A stretch of 64,000 bases of DNA. It comes from Eledone cirrhosa (taxonomy: Eukaryota). The position numbers and the translations under genes are program-made. Shown here in pieces: positions 40,283 to 53,975 of this stretch. The notes under the pieces are model-generated. The model worked only from the letters and a program-made list of their open reading frames with translations, did not search any database and was not told where the DNA came from. Numbering within the stretch: position 1 is the first letter of the stretch; each line of letters opens with the position of its first letter. The stretch is taken from assembly GCA_964016885.1 (NCBI GenBank), contig OZ024745.1, positions 4,154,001 to 4,218,000 on the forward strand, read 5' to 3'.

Positions 40283-41760
40283 GTGTGTGTGTGTGTGAAA
40301 AAAAGCTGGGTATATATCAGATGTAAGGTGCAAAAGGGAAGACTTTGCTGGTGTGGACATGTAAAGCATATGAATGATGATCCTGGGTGAAGAAGTAGCA
40401 AGAAAGTGGAGGAAGATCTGGGCAGAACTGGTGAGAGCTAATGTCAAATCACAGAAGATTCCAGAGGAAATAATGAAGGAAGAGGATGAATTGCAGGATA
40501 CTGTGCTGAAAAGGACCCATCCAACCATGGGTTTTTACCCTATTTTAAAAAATATTTCATAGCATCACAGCACTTGAACACTCACCACTCTTTATATTAA
40601 CTTTATCCAGTGCTTCATAAATGTCCGAGAAATCAGCTATGTATACATGAGCCTGGAACTAGCTGTTGAAACAGCATCAACTGCTGGGTCACGACTCTTT
40701 ATAATAACCCAGGCAAGCAGGGAAAAGCAGACATAAAAACGATGATGATTATGATACATATATATATATCATTTATATTAGGCTGTTTACCAATGGGTAC
40801 AAGTTGTGGCTCAGGTTGGTAAACGATGATGTAAAAAATTAATTAAAGCACTCAACATTATGTAAATCATCCATTGTAGATGTGGTATCCTGGGGTTGAT
40901 GAAGGAACAGAGTAAAGTATTCATTAAAACAACAGAAGGCCGGACTGGAAAATTTACTTTAGAGTTTTAATTCTACAAAAGCAATATACATATTTTTATG
41001 GCCCAGCTCTGTCATCTGATTATGATACAAGACTGGACGATCTCATCAGGTGTTATTTGCAGAATTATGTAACGGGGTTACGTTAGACCCAAACAGAGAA
41101 TAGAAGATAGAAAATAGAGGACGGATTCAATTTAGGGACAGCCTGCCAATTCAGTGTTATATCAATGGCAGATGTCTGAAGGAGATAGTACAACACATAC
41201 ACACACTTGTCCACATGTATACATACACATTCTTAAATACAACACATGTACATATGTACACATTCTTAAATATAACACATACACAAAATGTACATAAGCA
41301 CACACACATTCTGATAGACATAGAACTACAGAGGAGTGTTGAAAGGTAAATAGACAGATGTATAAAACTTTAACAAGAAATACTATTACAGTGTGATGGC
41401 AGAAGTGTAATGAAAGTAGTATAGGATGGGGCTTATCTAGAAATGAGTTGTGACGTCACTAATGCCCAACTATCAACCATTGGTCATTGCCTTTATTGGT
41501 GGCAAGAGACTGGCATGCATAGCTGACTGCCGGTCTTCTACAAAGTCTTTCCCAGATTTGTGCCTTGGAGGGATACAAAACCCATGGTCATTGACTAAAA
41601 AGATAAAGAATTCAACTATATTATTTTAATGTTGTGAAACGTTGTGATCCTAATGCAGATGACCATAATAATAGTTGAAAAAAATTGGACAGAGGCACCT
41701 GTGAGGAATTGAACCTCACATCTCTCAAATGCCATGCCAGTGTTAACCACTATGTGTATA

Positions 41761-43589
41761 TCATCATCATCATCATCGTTTAACATCCATCTTCCATGCT
41801 AGCATGGGTTAGACGGGAGTTGTCCCACTTGAGACAAGGTTGGTCGGGTGACCATGTCTCACTCGCATAGGACTGTCTGGCAGGTTTTCTACGGCTGGAT
41901 GCCCTTCCTAACACCAACCACATTTACAGTGTGGACTGGGAGGTTTTTACCGTGTTACCTACACGGCCACATTACAGCGTGGACTGTGTTTTTGTCGCGA
42001 CACCTACACGACCTCATTTATTTAGGACTGAATGTTGTGGTACCAACATAACTTTAGGTGTAGATGGGGTTGGGGGTAAGGATAAAGGGACGGGGGTGTA
42101 TTTTTGGTTAGGAGGTGCCTACTGACTGTAGGTTTTGCTTTGTACTTAGGCAAGGCGGGTCTTCTGTATTACTGCGTAGCGCTAAAGATGTCGGTCCAGT
42201 GACATTGTCTTGGAGTGGTATAAGTGTGTGAGGTCAGAATTTATCAAACCGTCCCAGGTTTTTCTGGGTCTGCTTACTCCGTTACTACCATCTATTTTTA
42301 TCGCCCTGCACTTTTTTATACAGCTGTCGTCTTTCATGCGCATCACGTGACCATACCAACGTAGTCTTCGCTCGAGTAAACAACATCTGATCCCTCTTAT
42401 TCCTAATTTCTCACTTAGTTCATTTATGCTTTGCCGTTCACGTATATTACTATTACACATCCAACGGAACATGCAAGCTTCGTTCCTCTCCAGTCTGCGT
42501 ATATCCTCTTCACACAATGCCCAAGTCTCACTGCCATGTAACATTGCTGTTCGTATGCAGGCATCATACAGCCTGCCTTTCATTTTTAGGGAGAAACCTT
42601 TAGTGGCCAATAGTGGTATAAGCTCTCTGAACTTTTTCCATCCAGTTCTGACTCTAGCTACTGTACTTTCAGAGCACCCTCCATCACTGCTGATTGTGTC
42701 ACCCAGGTAACGGAAGCTGTCCACTATTTCTATAGAACCATCTGGGCAATAGAAGGAGCTAGTATCCTGTGGGCACTTGCTACTACTTATTGCACCTGAG
42801 CACCGGTCACATATAAAATCTATGATCTTAGATAGCTTACCTGTGATCCCACTACATCTTTTATGCACCCATACTTTGCATTTGGGACATAAAATGGAGT
42901 TTCTGCCTACTCCTTTCCTACACACTGAGCATGGCCATTTCCCGGATGGGACCAGTGCCCTATTTTCCTTCCTACATACTAGAACTTTAGTCTTAGACAA
43001 GTTAACTTTAAGGCCTTTTGATTCTAGGACATGCTTCCAAGTTTGGAATTTCTTCTCTAGTTCAGCCATTGATTCAGCTATAAGCGTTAGATCATCTGCG
43101 TATAGAAGTTCCCATGGGCAGCCGGTCTTGAACTCCTCTGTTATAGCCTGAAGGGCAATAATAAATAGGAGGACAGAGCCCTGATGAACACTGACTTTTA
43201 CGCTAAATTCTTCACTATATTTGTTGTTAATTCTAACATTGCTGACTGTTTCTTTATACATGGCTTGTATAGCTCTCACAAGCCATTCATCAACACCTAG
43301 TTTTCTAAGAGCCCACCAGATAATGGAACGGGGGACTCTGTCAAAGGCTTTCTCCAAGTCAACAAAAGCTAAGTAGAGGGGTTTACTTTTAGTTAGGTAC
43401 TTCTCCTGTAGTTGTGTTACAAGGAAAAGAGCGTCTTTGGTACTTTTACCTGACACAAACCCAAACTGCATTTCATCTAGATCAATTCGCTCTCTGATTA
43501 GTTGCGCTATAACTTTTTCTGTGACCTTCATGACCTGGTCAATTAATTTAATACCTCTATAGTTTCCCCTGTCTTGGGCATCTTCTTTA

Positions 43590-43590
<1 letters not shown>
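41761..43590 (-). mobile_element. RTE family C, 5'-truncated
   Basis: ORF 42182-43590 with RT (YADD), intact C4HC3 finger and C-terminal motifs; (GAT)n tail. Confidence 0.94.
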
Positions 43591-43647
<57 letters not shown>

Positions 43648-44038
43648 ATAGATGTTTATATGTGTGCATGTGTGTATATATATATGTATATTATTATTGT
43701 TGTTGTTGTCGTTATTATTATTGTTGTTATTATTATTATTATTGTTATTAATGTATATGTGTGTATGTATATATATATGTGTATATATGTATATGTATCA
43801 TCATCATCATCATCATCACCGTTTTACGTCCGTTCTTCCACGCTAGCATGGGTTAGACGGGTTGTCCTGTTGTGGGCAGTGTCTGGTCGGCTGACCATGC
43901 CTTGCTCATACAGGAACTGATCTGTATGTGTGTATATATATATATTTTTATTTTATTTTATTTTTTATTTATTTATTAATTTTTTTTTTTTCTCCTCGTG
44001 CAATGACCATACTCAATAACGAGGGGCAGCCATCATCA

Positions 44039-44080
<42 letters not shown>

Positions 44081-44289
44081 ATATCAGGACATAGGTAGTA
44101 AAAACCAGTTAAACCATTACTCACTAGAGTACTCAATACTTCGGGTAGTAGAGTGGGTAATATGAAAACATTGAGGACCCCGACGGCTGAGCTTCAGCTA
44201 TTTCAATAGCTAGATCTAGCAGTTGAAATGGCTGGAGGTTAGCTGTTAGGGTCCTGAATGTTTTCATATATATACATACATACATACAC

Positions 44290-45003
44290 TTGCATGCTCC
44301 GCTGGATGTGTAATAGTAATATACGTGAACGGCAAAGCATAAGCAAACTAAGGAAAAAATTAAAAATAAGAGGGATCAGATGTTGTTTACTCGAGAGAAG
44401 GCTACGTTGGTATGGTCACGTGATGCGCATGAAAGACGACAGCTGTATAACAAAGTGCAGGGCAATAAAGATAGATGGTAGCTACGGAGTAGGCAGACCC
44501 AGAAAAACCTGGGACGACTTGATAAATTCCGACCTCACACACTTACACCTCTCCAAGACAATGTCACTGGACCGAGACCTTTGGCGGTACTCAGTAATAC
44601 AGAAGACCCGCCTTGCCTAAGTACAAAGCGAAATCTACAGTCAGTAGGCACCTCTAACAAAATAAACCCCCCACCCCCACCTCCACTACCCACTACCCCC
44701 TTAAATGCAAAGTTATGTTGGTACCACAACATCCAGTCCGAAACAAATGAGGTCGTGTAGGTGTCACGACAAAAAAAATACACAGTCCACGCTGTAATGT
44801 GGCCGTGTAGGTAACACGGTAAAAACCTCCCAGTCCACACTGTAAACGTGGTCGGTGTTAGGAAGGGCATCCAGCCATAGAAAACCCGCCAGACAGTCCT
44901 ATGCGAGCAGGACAACAAATCTTGCCTCAAGTGGGAAACCTCCCGTCCAAACCCATGCAAGCGTGGAAGATGGACATTAAACGATGATGATGATGATGAT
45001 GAT
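44290..45003 (+). mobile_element. RTE family C 3' fragment
   Basis: CMLRWMCNSNIRERQ...GRPRKTW, UTR, (GAT)n. Confidence 0.9.
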
Positions 45004-45004
45004 A

Positions 45005-45198
45005 CAGGGTGTTTAAAAAACTTGATATTAATGGCCTGTTCTCTAAGTTGTCACATTAAAATATTGTGAATTAGTGTTATAATGTTGACATGGGGACTAT
45101 ATCTTGTTACTCAACATTAACACTGCTCTGTCTTGTCCTAGACATTGTAGTTTCTGCTATATTTACATCACAAATATCTAATGTTTGGAAACACCCTG
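45005..45198. mobile_element. Tc1/mariner-type MITE
   Basis: TA-cagggtgttt...aaacaccctg-TA. Confidence 0.7.
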
Positions 45199-45827
45199 TA
45201 TATATATGTGTCTATAGGAACATATTATCACCAGGAACTGGTCACAGATATTCAAACTAAATCTAAGAACTGATACCAGGAAGGACATTAACTGTAAAAC
45301 CTTATTTCAAAAAGGACTCTATGATGAATCTGAAGACTGCCGCAGTTCCTGCAAGACTAATTCATTGATTTAGCAGGGAATATGACCTTAAAACAATTGA
45401 TGGATATAATTTCCTTTTACTGGGTAAAATTGTCTTGTTTTTCTTTTCAATAAAGGTTTTATTTTTTTACATTGCTCCAGAATGGTAATGTATTCTGCTA
45501 TCCTACTTTACACAGAATATATTCAATATAGGATAGACCAACTACATACTTCAGGAATTTCTAATTATCATCTTGAAAGGCCACATCAATGCCCAACAGA
45601 ATTTGAAGCTTACTTTCAAAAATATGAAACATTGAACTAATTATTATAGATCATCTGATTCTACAGTTCTACAATCCAACCCTGCCCTTCTCTCTATATT
45701 TTCTTACTCCTACATGTTTGAATCATCTATTTCTCACTGCCAATTCATTTATATCTATTTAGCTTTTTATTAATATATCATGCACTTACTTGTATATCTA
45801 TCTATCTCATTATATATATATACACAT

Positions 45828-45997
45828 TCATACACACCTCTTTATCTATCTTATATATATATATACATACACACCTCTTTATCTATCTTATATATATATA
45901 TACATACACACCTCTTTATCTATCTTATATATATATATACATACACACCTCTTTATCTATCTTATATATATATATACATACACACCTCTTTATATAT
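45828..45997. repeat. ~38-bp tandem repeat x4
   Basis: catacacacctctttatctatcttatatatatatata units. Confidence 0.85.
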
Positions 45998-46088
45998 AGT
46001 GAAAAATGGAACGGGAACAAAACAGAGAGGCAGTACCAACAAAGGTTTATTAGTTTCACGCTCTTGAGAGTGGAGGGGTGGTGGGGAA

Positions 46089-46118
46089 CGACGTTTCGGG
46101 CATAAGCCCTTCTTCAGG
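46089..46118 (-). ncRNA. Minimal hammerhead-like motif
   Basis: CUGAAGA-AGGGCUUAUGCCC-GAAA-CG-UC; stem I is weak; AATAAA about 40 nt downstream. Confidence 0.65.
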
Positions 46119-48475
46119 CGAAAAGTGTGTGGGGAGAGAGTTCCAAGTGGGTGGGGAGAGGAAACGGTGGAAGGGGTACAAATGAAAATAAATATAAAAA
46201 AATAATAAAAATAAACATGAACATGAAGATAAACAAGTGGTGGAAGGGTGTGTTGGGGTGGGGCGGGTAGAGTGGGGAGAGGGAGGCAGGGAGGGCTGAA
46301 GGTGGTGTGTGTGTGTGTGTGTGTATGTGAGAGTCGGGGGAAGAACGAGGTTCCATGTTCAGGAAAAGGTGTGTGGGGTGGGGTGTAGGTCTGTGTATGT
46401 GTGGAAGGGGAGGGATCAGAGGGGGGGGGGGGGATTCCGGAGGCTGAGTGTGTAAATATGTGGGGGTATGCACGTGTGTGTGGTGTTTATACGTATTGTG
46501 GATGTAGGTGGCGTGTGGGAAAAAATATTTTTTGTGAGTGTATGTCCGTGGGTAAGTTCCTAAGGTAGTTCCGTAGAGGGTGTGGTGGGGTGCCGGATAT
46601 TTTCCTTGTGATGGAGTTGATTCGTGGGAGCGATGTCCAATGTGTGTAATCCGTGGTTGGGTTGGTCGGAAGAGGGGAGATGTGGGGTGCGCGCGCAACA
46701 GGAAGTGGTCAGAGGGTCAAGGCAGGAGGAGGGTAGAGGAGAAGGACAGGTGGAGAGGGCTGTGTGTCTGTGTGTGCGGAGGTACGGTGGACAGAGGAGT
46801 GGATGGGTAGGTGTGAAAGGTGGAGTGGAGAGGGGGTCGAGCGGGGGGTGTATTAGTAGAGGTGTTAGTGGGATGTGTGTGTAAAGGGGTGTAGGGGACG
46901 GTGGAGGGAATGTAGTGTACTGGTGTGTGTGTGCGTGTTTGGATGAGTGTGTGTGTGGTGAAGGGGGTGTTAGTATACTGGTGGTGGGGAAAGGGTTGAA
47001 TGCGGGTGTTAGTGGTGGTAGGGTGTGTAGAGTGGGTGTGTGTGTTCGTGTGCGTGGGGTCGGGGGATGTTAGTGGTATTAGTTGTGGGGTGGTGGGAGT
47101 GGATGTGTGGGTGAGGGTTAGTGGTGGTAGTAGGGTGTGTGGTTAGTGTGAGTGCGTGTATATATGTACCGGTGGGTGTGTGCGTGATAGGGGGAGGGGG
47201 ATATATATATATATATTATCATCATCATCGTTTAATGTCTATCTTCCACGCTAGCATGGGTTTAGAACATATATATATATATATACATACACATACAGAT
47301 ATATATTTATTTTTATGTTCATAAACATTAGTCTTTTTCTCTCTTTTTATTCCATGGTGATTAATTAAATCAAAAGAAAATACAGAAACGCAGACATCTG
47401 ATATCCAACAACCAATATTGATATCAACTACCCAAACCATATTCCATCCCATCTGATATCCAACAACCAATATTGATATCATTTCCAAACGTGATATTAT
47501 CTTGGGAGTGTTATTGGCATAATAACTTGTTTCATCTCTGGTGTAACACTTTGTATCTTAGTCAAAAATATATTTAGTACTGATACAAAACTGATTCAAA
47601 CCTGTCACTTTTAATGTCAGTCTGTGGCTCGGTTGGTTCAATTATATCTTTAATCTTCCTGAGAAAGGCATGAAGAAGATATTTTCTCTTCTCTGGCAAT
47701 GTAAGACACTGGAATGTAAATTATGAGTGGGGCTAACCAAAGTAAACTAATCCTAAACATGTTGAAATCCTTCAGATACTTATAAATAATCTCTACACAT
47801 ATATATATATTTGGAGGGTGAGTGAGGTTTGGTAGGAGTCATGAGTGCAGGTTGATGTTCAGTTTAGAGTGTTTGTGGACTGATTGCTAGAATAACGGTC
47901 TTCATCACTATCATCACCATTTAGCGTCCATTTTTCGACGCTAGCATGGGTTTGACAAGTTGTCCCATTGGCTGACAAGCCAGATCAGATGACCATGTCT
48001 TGCTCATATAAAACTGTTTCTGGCTTGGTATCAATGGCTGGATGCCCTTCCTAATGCCAGCCACATTTACAGCATTGACTGAGTATTTTTTTATGTCACC
48101 GGCACAACCACAGTTGGACTCGGTACTTTTTGTCTTGTCACCAGCACAACCCCTTTACAGTGTGAACTGGGTGGTTTTGTTATGACACCAAAATGACGAC
48201 TTTACAGGGGGTTGGGGAGTTTGATCTAGGATATATATGTTGTTCAACCTGTCATTTCAAACAAATGCTTCAGTTAACTCAATCAGCTTGTAAGTGGCTG
48301 AGCATTCCACAAACATGTACATCCTTAATGTAGTTCTCAGGGAGATTCAGCATAACATAGTATGTGACAAAATGGGCCTCTTGAATTACTGGTACACTGC
48401 CCCATCTGGAAATTGAAGAAAAGCACGTGTATTCAATCATCCAATTTGGAATGTACATATATATAAATATAATAG

Positions 48476-49185
48476 AACAGGGTGACCCTTTGGGCCCCTC
48501 CTGTTTGCTCTTGGTATAGATCACATTGCCCGGAGTATCACGGCCCCTCTCAGCGTTTGGTACCTGGATGATGCTACGTTGGGCAGGCTCGTAGAGACTG
48601 TCTGCCATGACCTTCAATCGGTGGTTCCTGCCCTGTTGGGAATCGGCCTCCAGGTCAACTCGGAGCTGGTGAATGTCAGCCACAATGCTGAGAGCTTTGC
48701 AGCCTCCGTCTCGGACGTGCGGTCCTTTCTCTTCCAGGTACAGATGACCCCCAAATAAATGTCGCTGTGGATCCACCGTAGACTCTTTCAGCCTCCACCC
48801 GCTTTCCTGTCGCCACACTGCCGGCCGCCTTCCATGCCATGCTGCCCTCAACGAGGTCATAAAGCATGACTTGGATGTTGCAGGCTTCCCCCCTCAGCTC
48901 AAGCCGGTGGGGCTGGACCGAGGGGATGGCAAAAGGCCAGACGGCATGACCATCTTCCCGTTCCGCAGTGGCAAAACCCTCGTCTGGGATGCCACTTGCA
49001 GCGACACTTTCTCCAGCCACAACCTGGTGCAGTCTGCGACTAACCCAGGTTCTGCTGCACATCGGGCTAAGGAGGCCAAACTCTCCAAGTTCCGGTCACT
49101 CTCCGACAGGTTTGTGGTCGTACCCTTGGCAGTGGAGACTTCTGGTGTCCTTCATCCTAGGGCTACCCCCTACTCACCACCGTAG
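48476..49185 (+). mobile_element. CRE-like (restriction-like endonuclease) non-LTR retrotransposon remnant
   Basis: QGDPLGP, WYLDD, then C...HAALNEVI and GDGKRPDGMTIFPF..GKTLVWDATC..LAVET motifs; internal deletions. Confidence 0.8.
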
Positions 49186-50229
49186 TTGTTTACCAAGTGG
49201 GGTGGAACTCATCAAATCGGACCAAGGAAACAATGTTTCCATTGCTGATACTATCTACTAGTCATAACTCCTGGCAGAAAGAGCAACATGAAATAATGTG
49301 TCTTGTATCAACTGGTCTGGGAATCGAACTCGCAACTTCACGATTATGAATCCAACTCTCTAACCACTAAGCCAAAAGCCAGCCACCTTCAGAGGGAATA
49401 TAATTTGATGAAAGTTATTTAGAATATATTCAGACATAATTGTTTCTACTTTTGGCAAAAGGTCAGCAATTACCCCAGTGCATTACTGGTACTTTATTTT
49501 ATCAACCTCATAAGGATGAAAAGCAAAGTTAACCTCGGCAGGATTTGAACTCAGAATGTATGGTGCAAAGCATGGAGTCTGATGCTCTACCGATTCTGCC
49601 AATCCACATTTTATCTTTCCCAACCCTTCCATCCAATCCTTGGAATAATATTCCACATTCATTAACTTAAAAAAAACAGACTTCTATGAATTAAAGGCAG
49701 CTAATATTGATATTGATGTTGCAGTGGTGTAGCTAGAGAATATGTACCACCCAGGGCTGCCTTCAGTTTCTGTCTCATGAAACTGAAGCTATGTGATTCT
49801 CGTATCAGTCAATGACTGAACATATTAAGAGATTACTGGTTTAGAACGAAAGAAAGCAAATATCCAGTAAATGTGACTCTATGAATCTGAGAGGTTACTG
49901 TGCAGGGGAGAAGACTCAGGAGATGATTTACAACTATTTTCATAATTTTTCTGATGTCGCTGTAATTCAGCTAATTTAAGATGGTAAGAGTTGTCAAGGT
50001 CCCTTGGTTTAAAGTGTCTAGCTTGTATCTGGGAGTTCATAATAGGCAATGCCAACTTTTTTCCCCGTCTATAAGGGTCTTCGCCCTATGTTATAGCATC
50101 TCCTCACATGATCACATTATACTTATAGTAATAATTTCTAATTTAGATAAGGTGAAAGAGTTGTAGGGAGGGCAAGTCAATGACATTGACCCCAGTACTT
50201 GACTGGTATTTTATTTTATTGACTTAAGC

Positions 50230-51335
50230 CTATGCTAATTTTGCAACAAAGAGATGGGAGATTTTTGAGTCCAAGATAGTTAACGAAGTGTGGTTTTTCA
50301 CTCCAAATGCAGTACAGCCGGCCAAATATTCACACTGACAGGTCTTTGAGAAATCATGGGAAAACTTCCAAGAGGTGTCTTCTTGTTTGTAGATCTCAAA
50401 AAGACATGACCACATTCCTCAGGACCTGCACGAATATGGGATTGATGGTCAGCTTTTTGTTGCCCTGATGTCATCATCATGTCTCTATCCAAATAATTAT
50501 GTTCAGATAAATGGTGCTAAATGAAAACCATTCAATATGGGAGTTGAACTCCTGTTCATTATTTTCATGAGCAGGATTGACACGCACAGCCAGGCTGAAA
50601 GTGGTATCACGACTGGTGGGTGTAGAATCAGTCGGCTGGAATTTGCAGATGACTTGGTATTACTTAACTCAACAGGTGATCTCCGACTTGCACTAGATTT
50701 GATGTTGAGTGCTGCATGGCTGGAATGAAAATCAATGCTGCATAAACTGAAACACTCATCCTCTCAAGGAAGCCTGTGCAGTGCACTCTACATGTAAATG
50801 GAGTTCCACTGAAGCAGGTAGAGAAGTTCAAGTACTTTGGGGCTGTGTTCACGAATGATGGAAGGCAGGAGACTGAATTAAGTGCAAGAGTGCCAGCTTC
50901 AGCATTCGGTCATGAGAAGGGAGGTAGGTGTAAAAGCCGAAGTTATCTTCAATTCAGTATTCATGCCAACCCTTACCTATGGTCACGAATCTTGGGTAAT
51001 AACATTAAGAATGCGATCACAAATACAAGCGGCTGAAATGGGGTTCCTCCAAGGGTCTTCGGAGTAATGTTACTCAACAGAGTGCATAGCTAAGATATCA
51101 GAGAATTGCTACTTCTACAAATTGAAAGACCACAGCTCATATACTATGGGCATGTGGTTAGAATGTCTCAGAAAAGAATTGCCGGATAGATTTTATGGGC
51201 AAAACCCATCTAGCAGGAGACCCAGAGCAAGATGGTTGGATAACATCCATGAGCTTGGCTGGTCTTGTTTGATGATACAGCTGGATCAATTGGAAATGGT
51301 TGCTTCTGACAGGAGTATTTGAGGATCCTCTCAGG
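50230..51335 (+). mobile_element. Old RTE-like LINE remnant
   Basis: FVDL, LEFADDL, QVEKFKYFG, PTLTYGHESW, QAAEMGFL, RPRARW motifs with many frameshifts. Confidence 0.8.
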
Positions 51336-52238
51336 AATTAGTGGGCAAAGTTAATCTTGGGATTTGAACTCAATGTTAAGAGCCAGATCAAATATGAAAA
51401 ATCTAGCTACTGAAAGGACTTCAACTTTCTAACACCCCCACTAAAGATCTGTATAGTTTAGATGTCAATACATTTGAGAGTTAAGGCCATCCATTTGGTA
51501 GAGATGTCGGGGACTTGGATATTTGTTCGGAGTTCAAAATCAACTGCAACTTTGCCTTTCACCCTTTTAGGGATGTACCGTCCAACCCATGCTAGCGTGG
51601 AAGATGGATGTTAGACGACGATGATGACCATGGTGCTGCCCTCCTCCCAGCTGTCACATCACAGAGTTCTATTGGATCAAGATAATGTTTGTCACTGTAT
51701 GAGCATCAAAAACTCAGAGAAAATATGATTCATACTACCAAGTGATACTCGATTGTATGACAGCTGTGGTTACACTCCAAACTATACTGAGAGAATCTGT
51801 ATCAAATAGTTGTTACATTGAACTAAGGCAGATTAGTATAGTTGTTGGGACGGTGGTATTTGTTTCGGTTCTCTGCTCTCAAATCCTACCGTCATGTCTA
51901 ACTTTCAAGTACCAGCCAAGTATTGGGTTGATTCTCACTTCTCTGGAAGAAATTACTGTACAGAGACCCAGAGAAATGGGCTCCAAAATCCCCTAGAAAC
52001 CGATTCCCTCAGGAGTGCCGGGACCATACAAGCAATTCTCTAACTTTCAACATGTGAATCTCATGAAATAAACGTGTTAGTGGCCAAGCACTCCACCATA
52101 ATGCAAAACAAGGTTGGCCCTTTTAATTGTAGGTACAACTCATTTCTGCCAACTAAGTGGACTGGATTGACATGAAAAGGTTTCTTGCTTAACTTTCCCT
52201 GCTAACAAGGGTATGTATGTATGTATGTATGCATGCAC

Positions 52239-52310
52239 GAGTTCAAATCCCACCAAGATAGTGTTTCATCCCCAGAGGGATGAAACACTATCTTGGTGGG
52301 ATTTGAACTC
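52239..52310. repeat. Perfect 34-bp hairpin derived from SINE sequence
   Basis: gagttcaaatcccaccaagatagtgtttcatccc-caga-reverse complement. Confidence 0.9.
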
Positions 52311-53080
52311 AGAATGTAGAGCTGGAAGAAATGCTGCAAAGCATTTAGTCAGCAACACAAAACAAAATCAGTTTCTTTCCACCAGAAAGTGTACTGTGAA
52401 TGGCATCTTTTCCAGCTTTAGAAAATCCATACTTAAGCTCTGTGAAGAGGTAGTGTTGGAAACATGACCTGATTGATCAACACATCTCACCTCCATACAC
52501 AAGAAAAATTTATTTTAAATTTTTGAACAGGCTCTAATTTTCCATAAAGTGTGCACCAAATTTCTTATTTACCATGCCACAAGTTTGTCAGTTTTAAATA
52601 AGGGTTCTATGACAGTTTAATCCATTTCATATCAAACTGGCTCTTCAATGAAACAAAAGAACCCATTATTGATGATTGTTATACACAAAGTATCTAAGTG
52701 GAGCCTGAAAGGAACTTTTAAATATCACCAAAGTGTTACCTCCCTTGCAGACATTTTATAAACTTGGTTTTTGTCACCGAATTTCCCATGGAAAGGAGTA
52801 TTCAGGTAATATACAGCTGGATGCCCAACACCAAACCCTTTACCAGCTTCAGAGGTACATATTCTAAATTAGAACCAGACCAGGAAAAACACAGGCAGAA
52901 GTGACCTCATGACGAAGGACTGACAAATGGAGAGATGCTGTGATAAGAACTGTCCCACCCTTGCAAGCATGACCATATATAGAAGTGCCACGCTATATTT
53001 TATAGTATTGTAGGTCAATGGGGAATAAGCAAGGTATTTCTAGCAAGAAAAACACAAACCACATTTTGTGAATGATAAAA

Positions 53081-53086
53081 TTTATT
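53081..53086 (-). promoter_or_regulatory. Candidate H2A.Z polyadenylation signal
   Basis: AATAAA on - about 350 nt after the stop, followed by GT-rich sequence. Confidence 0.55.
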
Positions 53087-53433
53087 TTGTGTAATGAAGA
53101 CGCATGATAATCTTATTTACTCCAATTTGAATGGAGGTGATCAATATAGTGTCTTATAAAAACACCAGATTGATTTGAAGTTTAAAAACTGTATATTGAT
53201 ATACAAATAGTGAACAGAATGGAAAAAATACAAAAGAAAATGGGAGGTAAGAATCTCTTGGCCTTATGACAGCTACATATGACTAAATGTTCGTATGTGG
53301 GGGGGGGGGGGGGGGGTTACTGGGACAGTTTCATAATTTGTTTTTTTTTGGAGGGGAGTAGGTTTTTTTTTTTTTTATAGAATTTAATGAGTTAAGGACT
53401 AGCAACCACACCAAATATACAACATTCCATCTT

Positions 53434-53495
53434 TTATGTAGCCTTTTGTGATCCTTTCTTGCCGATAAGAGATTTATGGATGTGAGGAATGACAC
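53434..53495 (-). CDS. H2A.Z: Histone H2A.Z exon 5
   Basis: (G)VIPHIHKSLIGKKGSQKAT*; acceptor ttcag on -. Confidence 0.96.
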
Positions 53496-53653
53496 CTGAA
53501 AAGACAAATAGAAACAACTTAGAAAAATGAAGCCTTCAATTTACATATTTACAGCAGGCCGAGGCCAAGCTGGGGCACCAACATTAATAGAATCAGCACT
53601 TGTGAAAATGTAAGGCTTAAGTGTGAATAAGTAAAAAGAGGAGATATACTGAC

Positions 53654-53783
53654 CACCACCAGCAATTGTTGCCTTGATTAGAGAATCCAACTCTTCGTCA
53701 CCCCGGATAGCTAACTGTAAATGACGGGGAGTGATACGTTTCACCTTCAAATCTTTACTAGCATTGCCAGCCAACTCTAGCAC
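53654..53783 (-). CDS. H2A.Z: Histone H2A.Z exon 4
   Basis: [43 protein letters not shown]; 130 nt with AG/GT borders. Confidence 0.97.
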
Positions 53784-53975
53784 CTGAAATAGTAATTTAC
53801 ACCTTAATTAAAATTAGCCAACAATTTACAGCTTTACTACCATTGCCATTAATCAACACAAAACTAAAACCACGTAGAAATATTTCAACAAAAGAGGACA
53901 CTAAAGGAAATGAGGGTCCCAACTGGAATATTTCTACCATTTTCCACCCAACTTATATTAAATATATATATCCTC

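Noticed and set aside
43990-44041. Additional hammerhead on - (CUGAUGA plus stem)
   Set aside because: No GAAA or stem III after the hairpin; unsupported.
53434-53460. H2A.X-like SQ phosphorylation tail
   Set aside because: Ends GSQKAT, not SQ(E/D/A)(Y/F); an ordinary H2A.Z.
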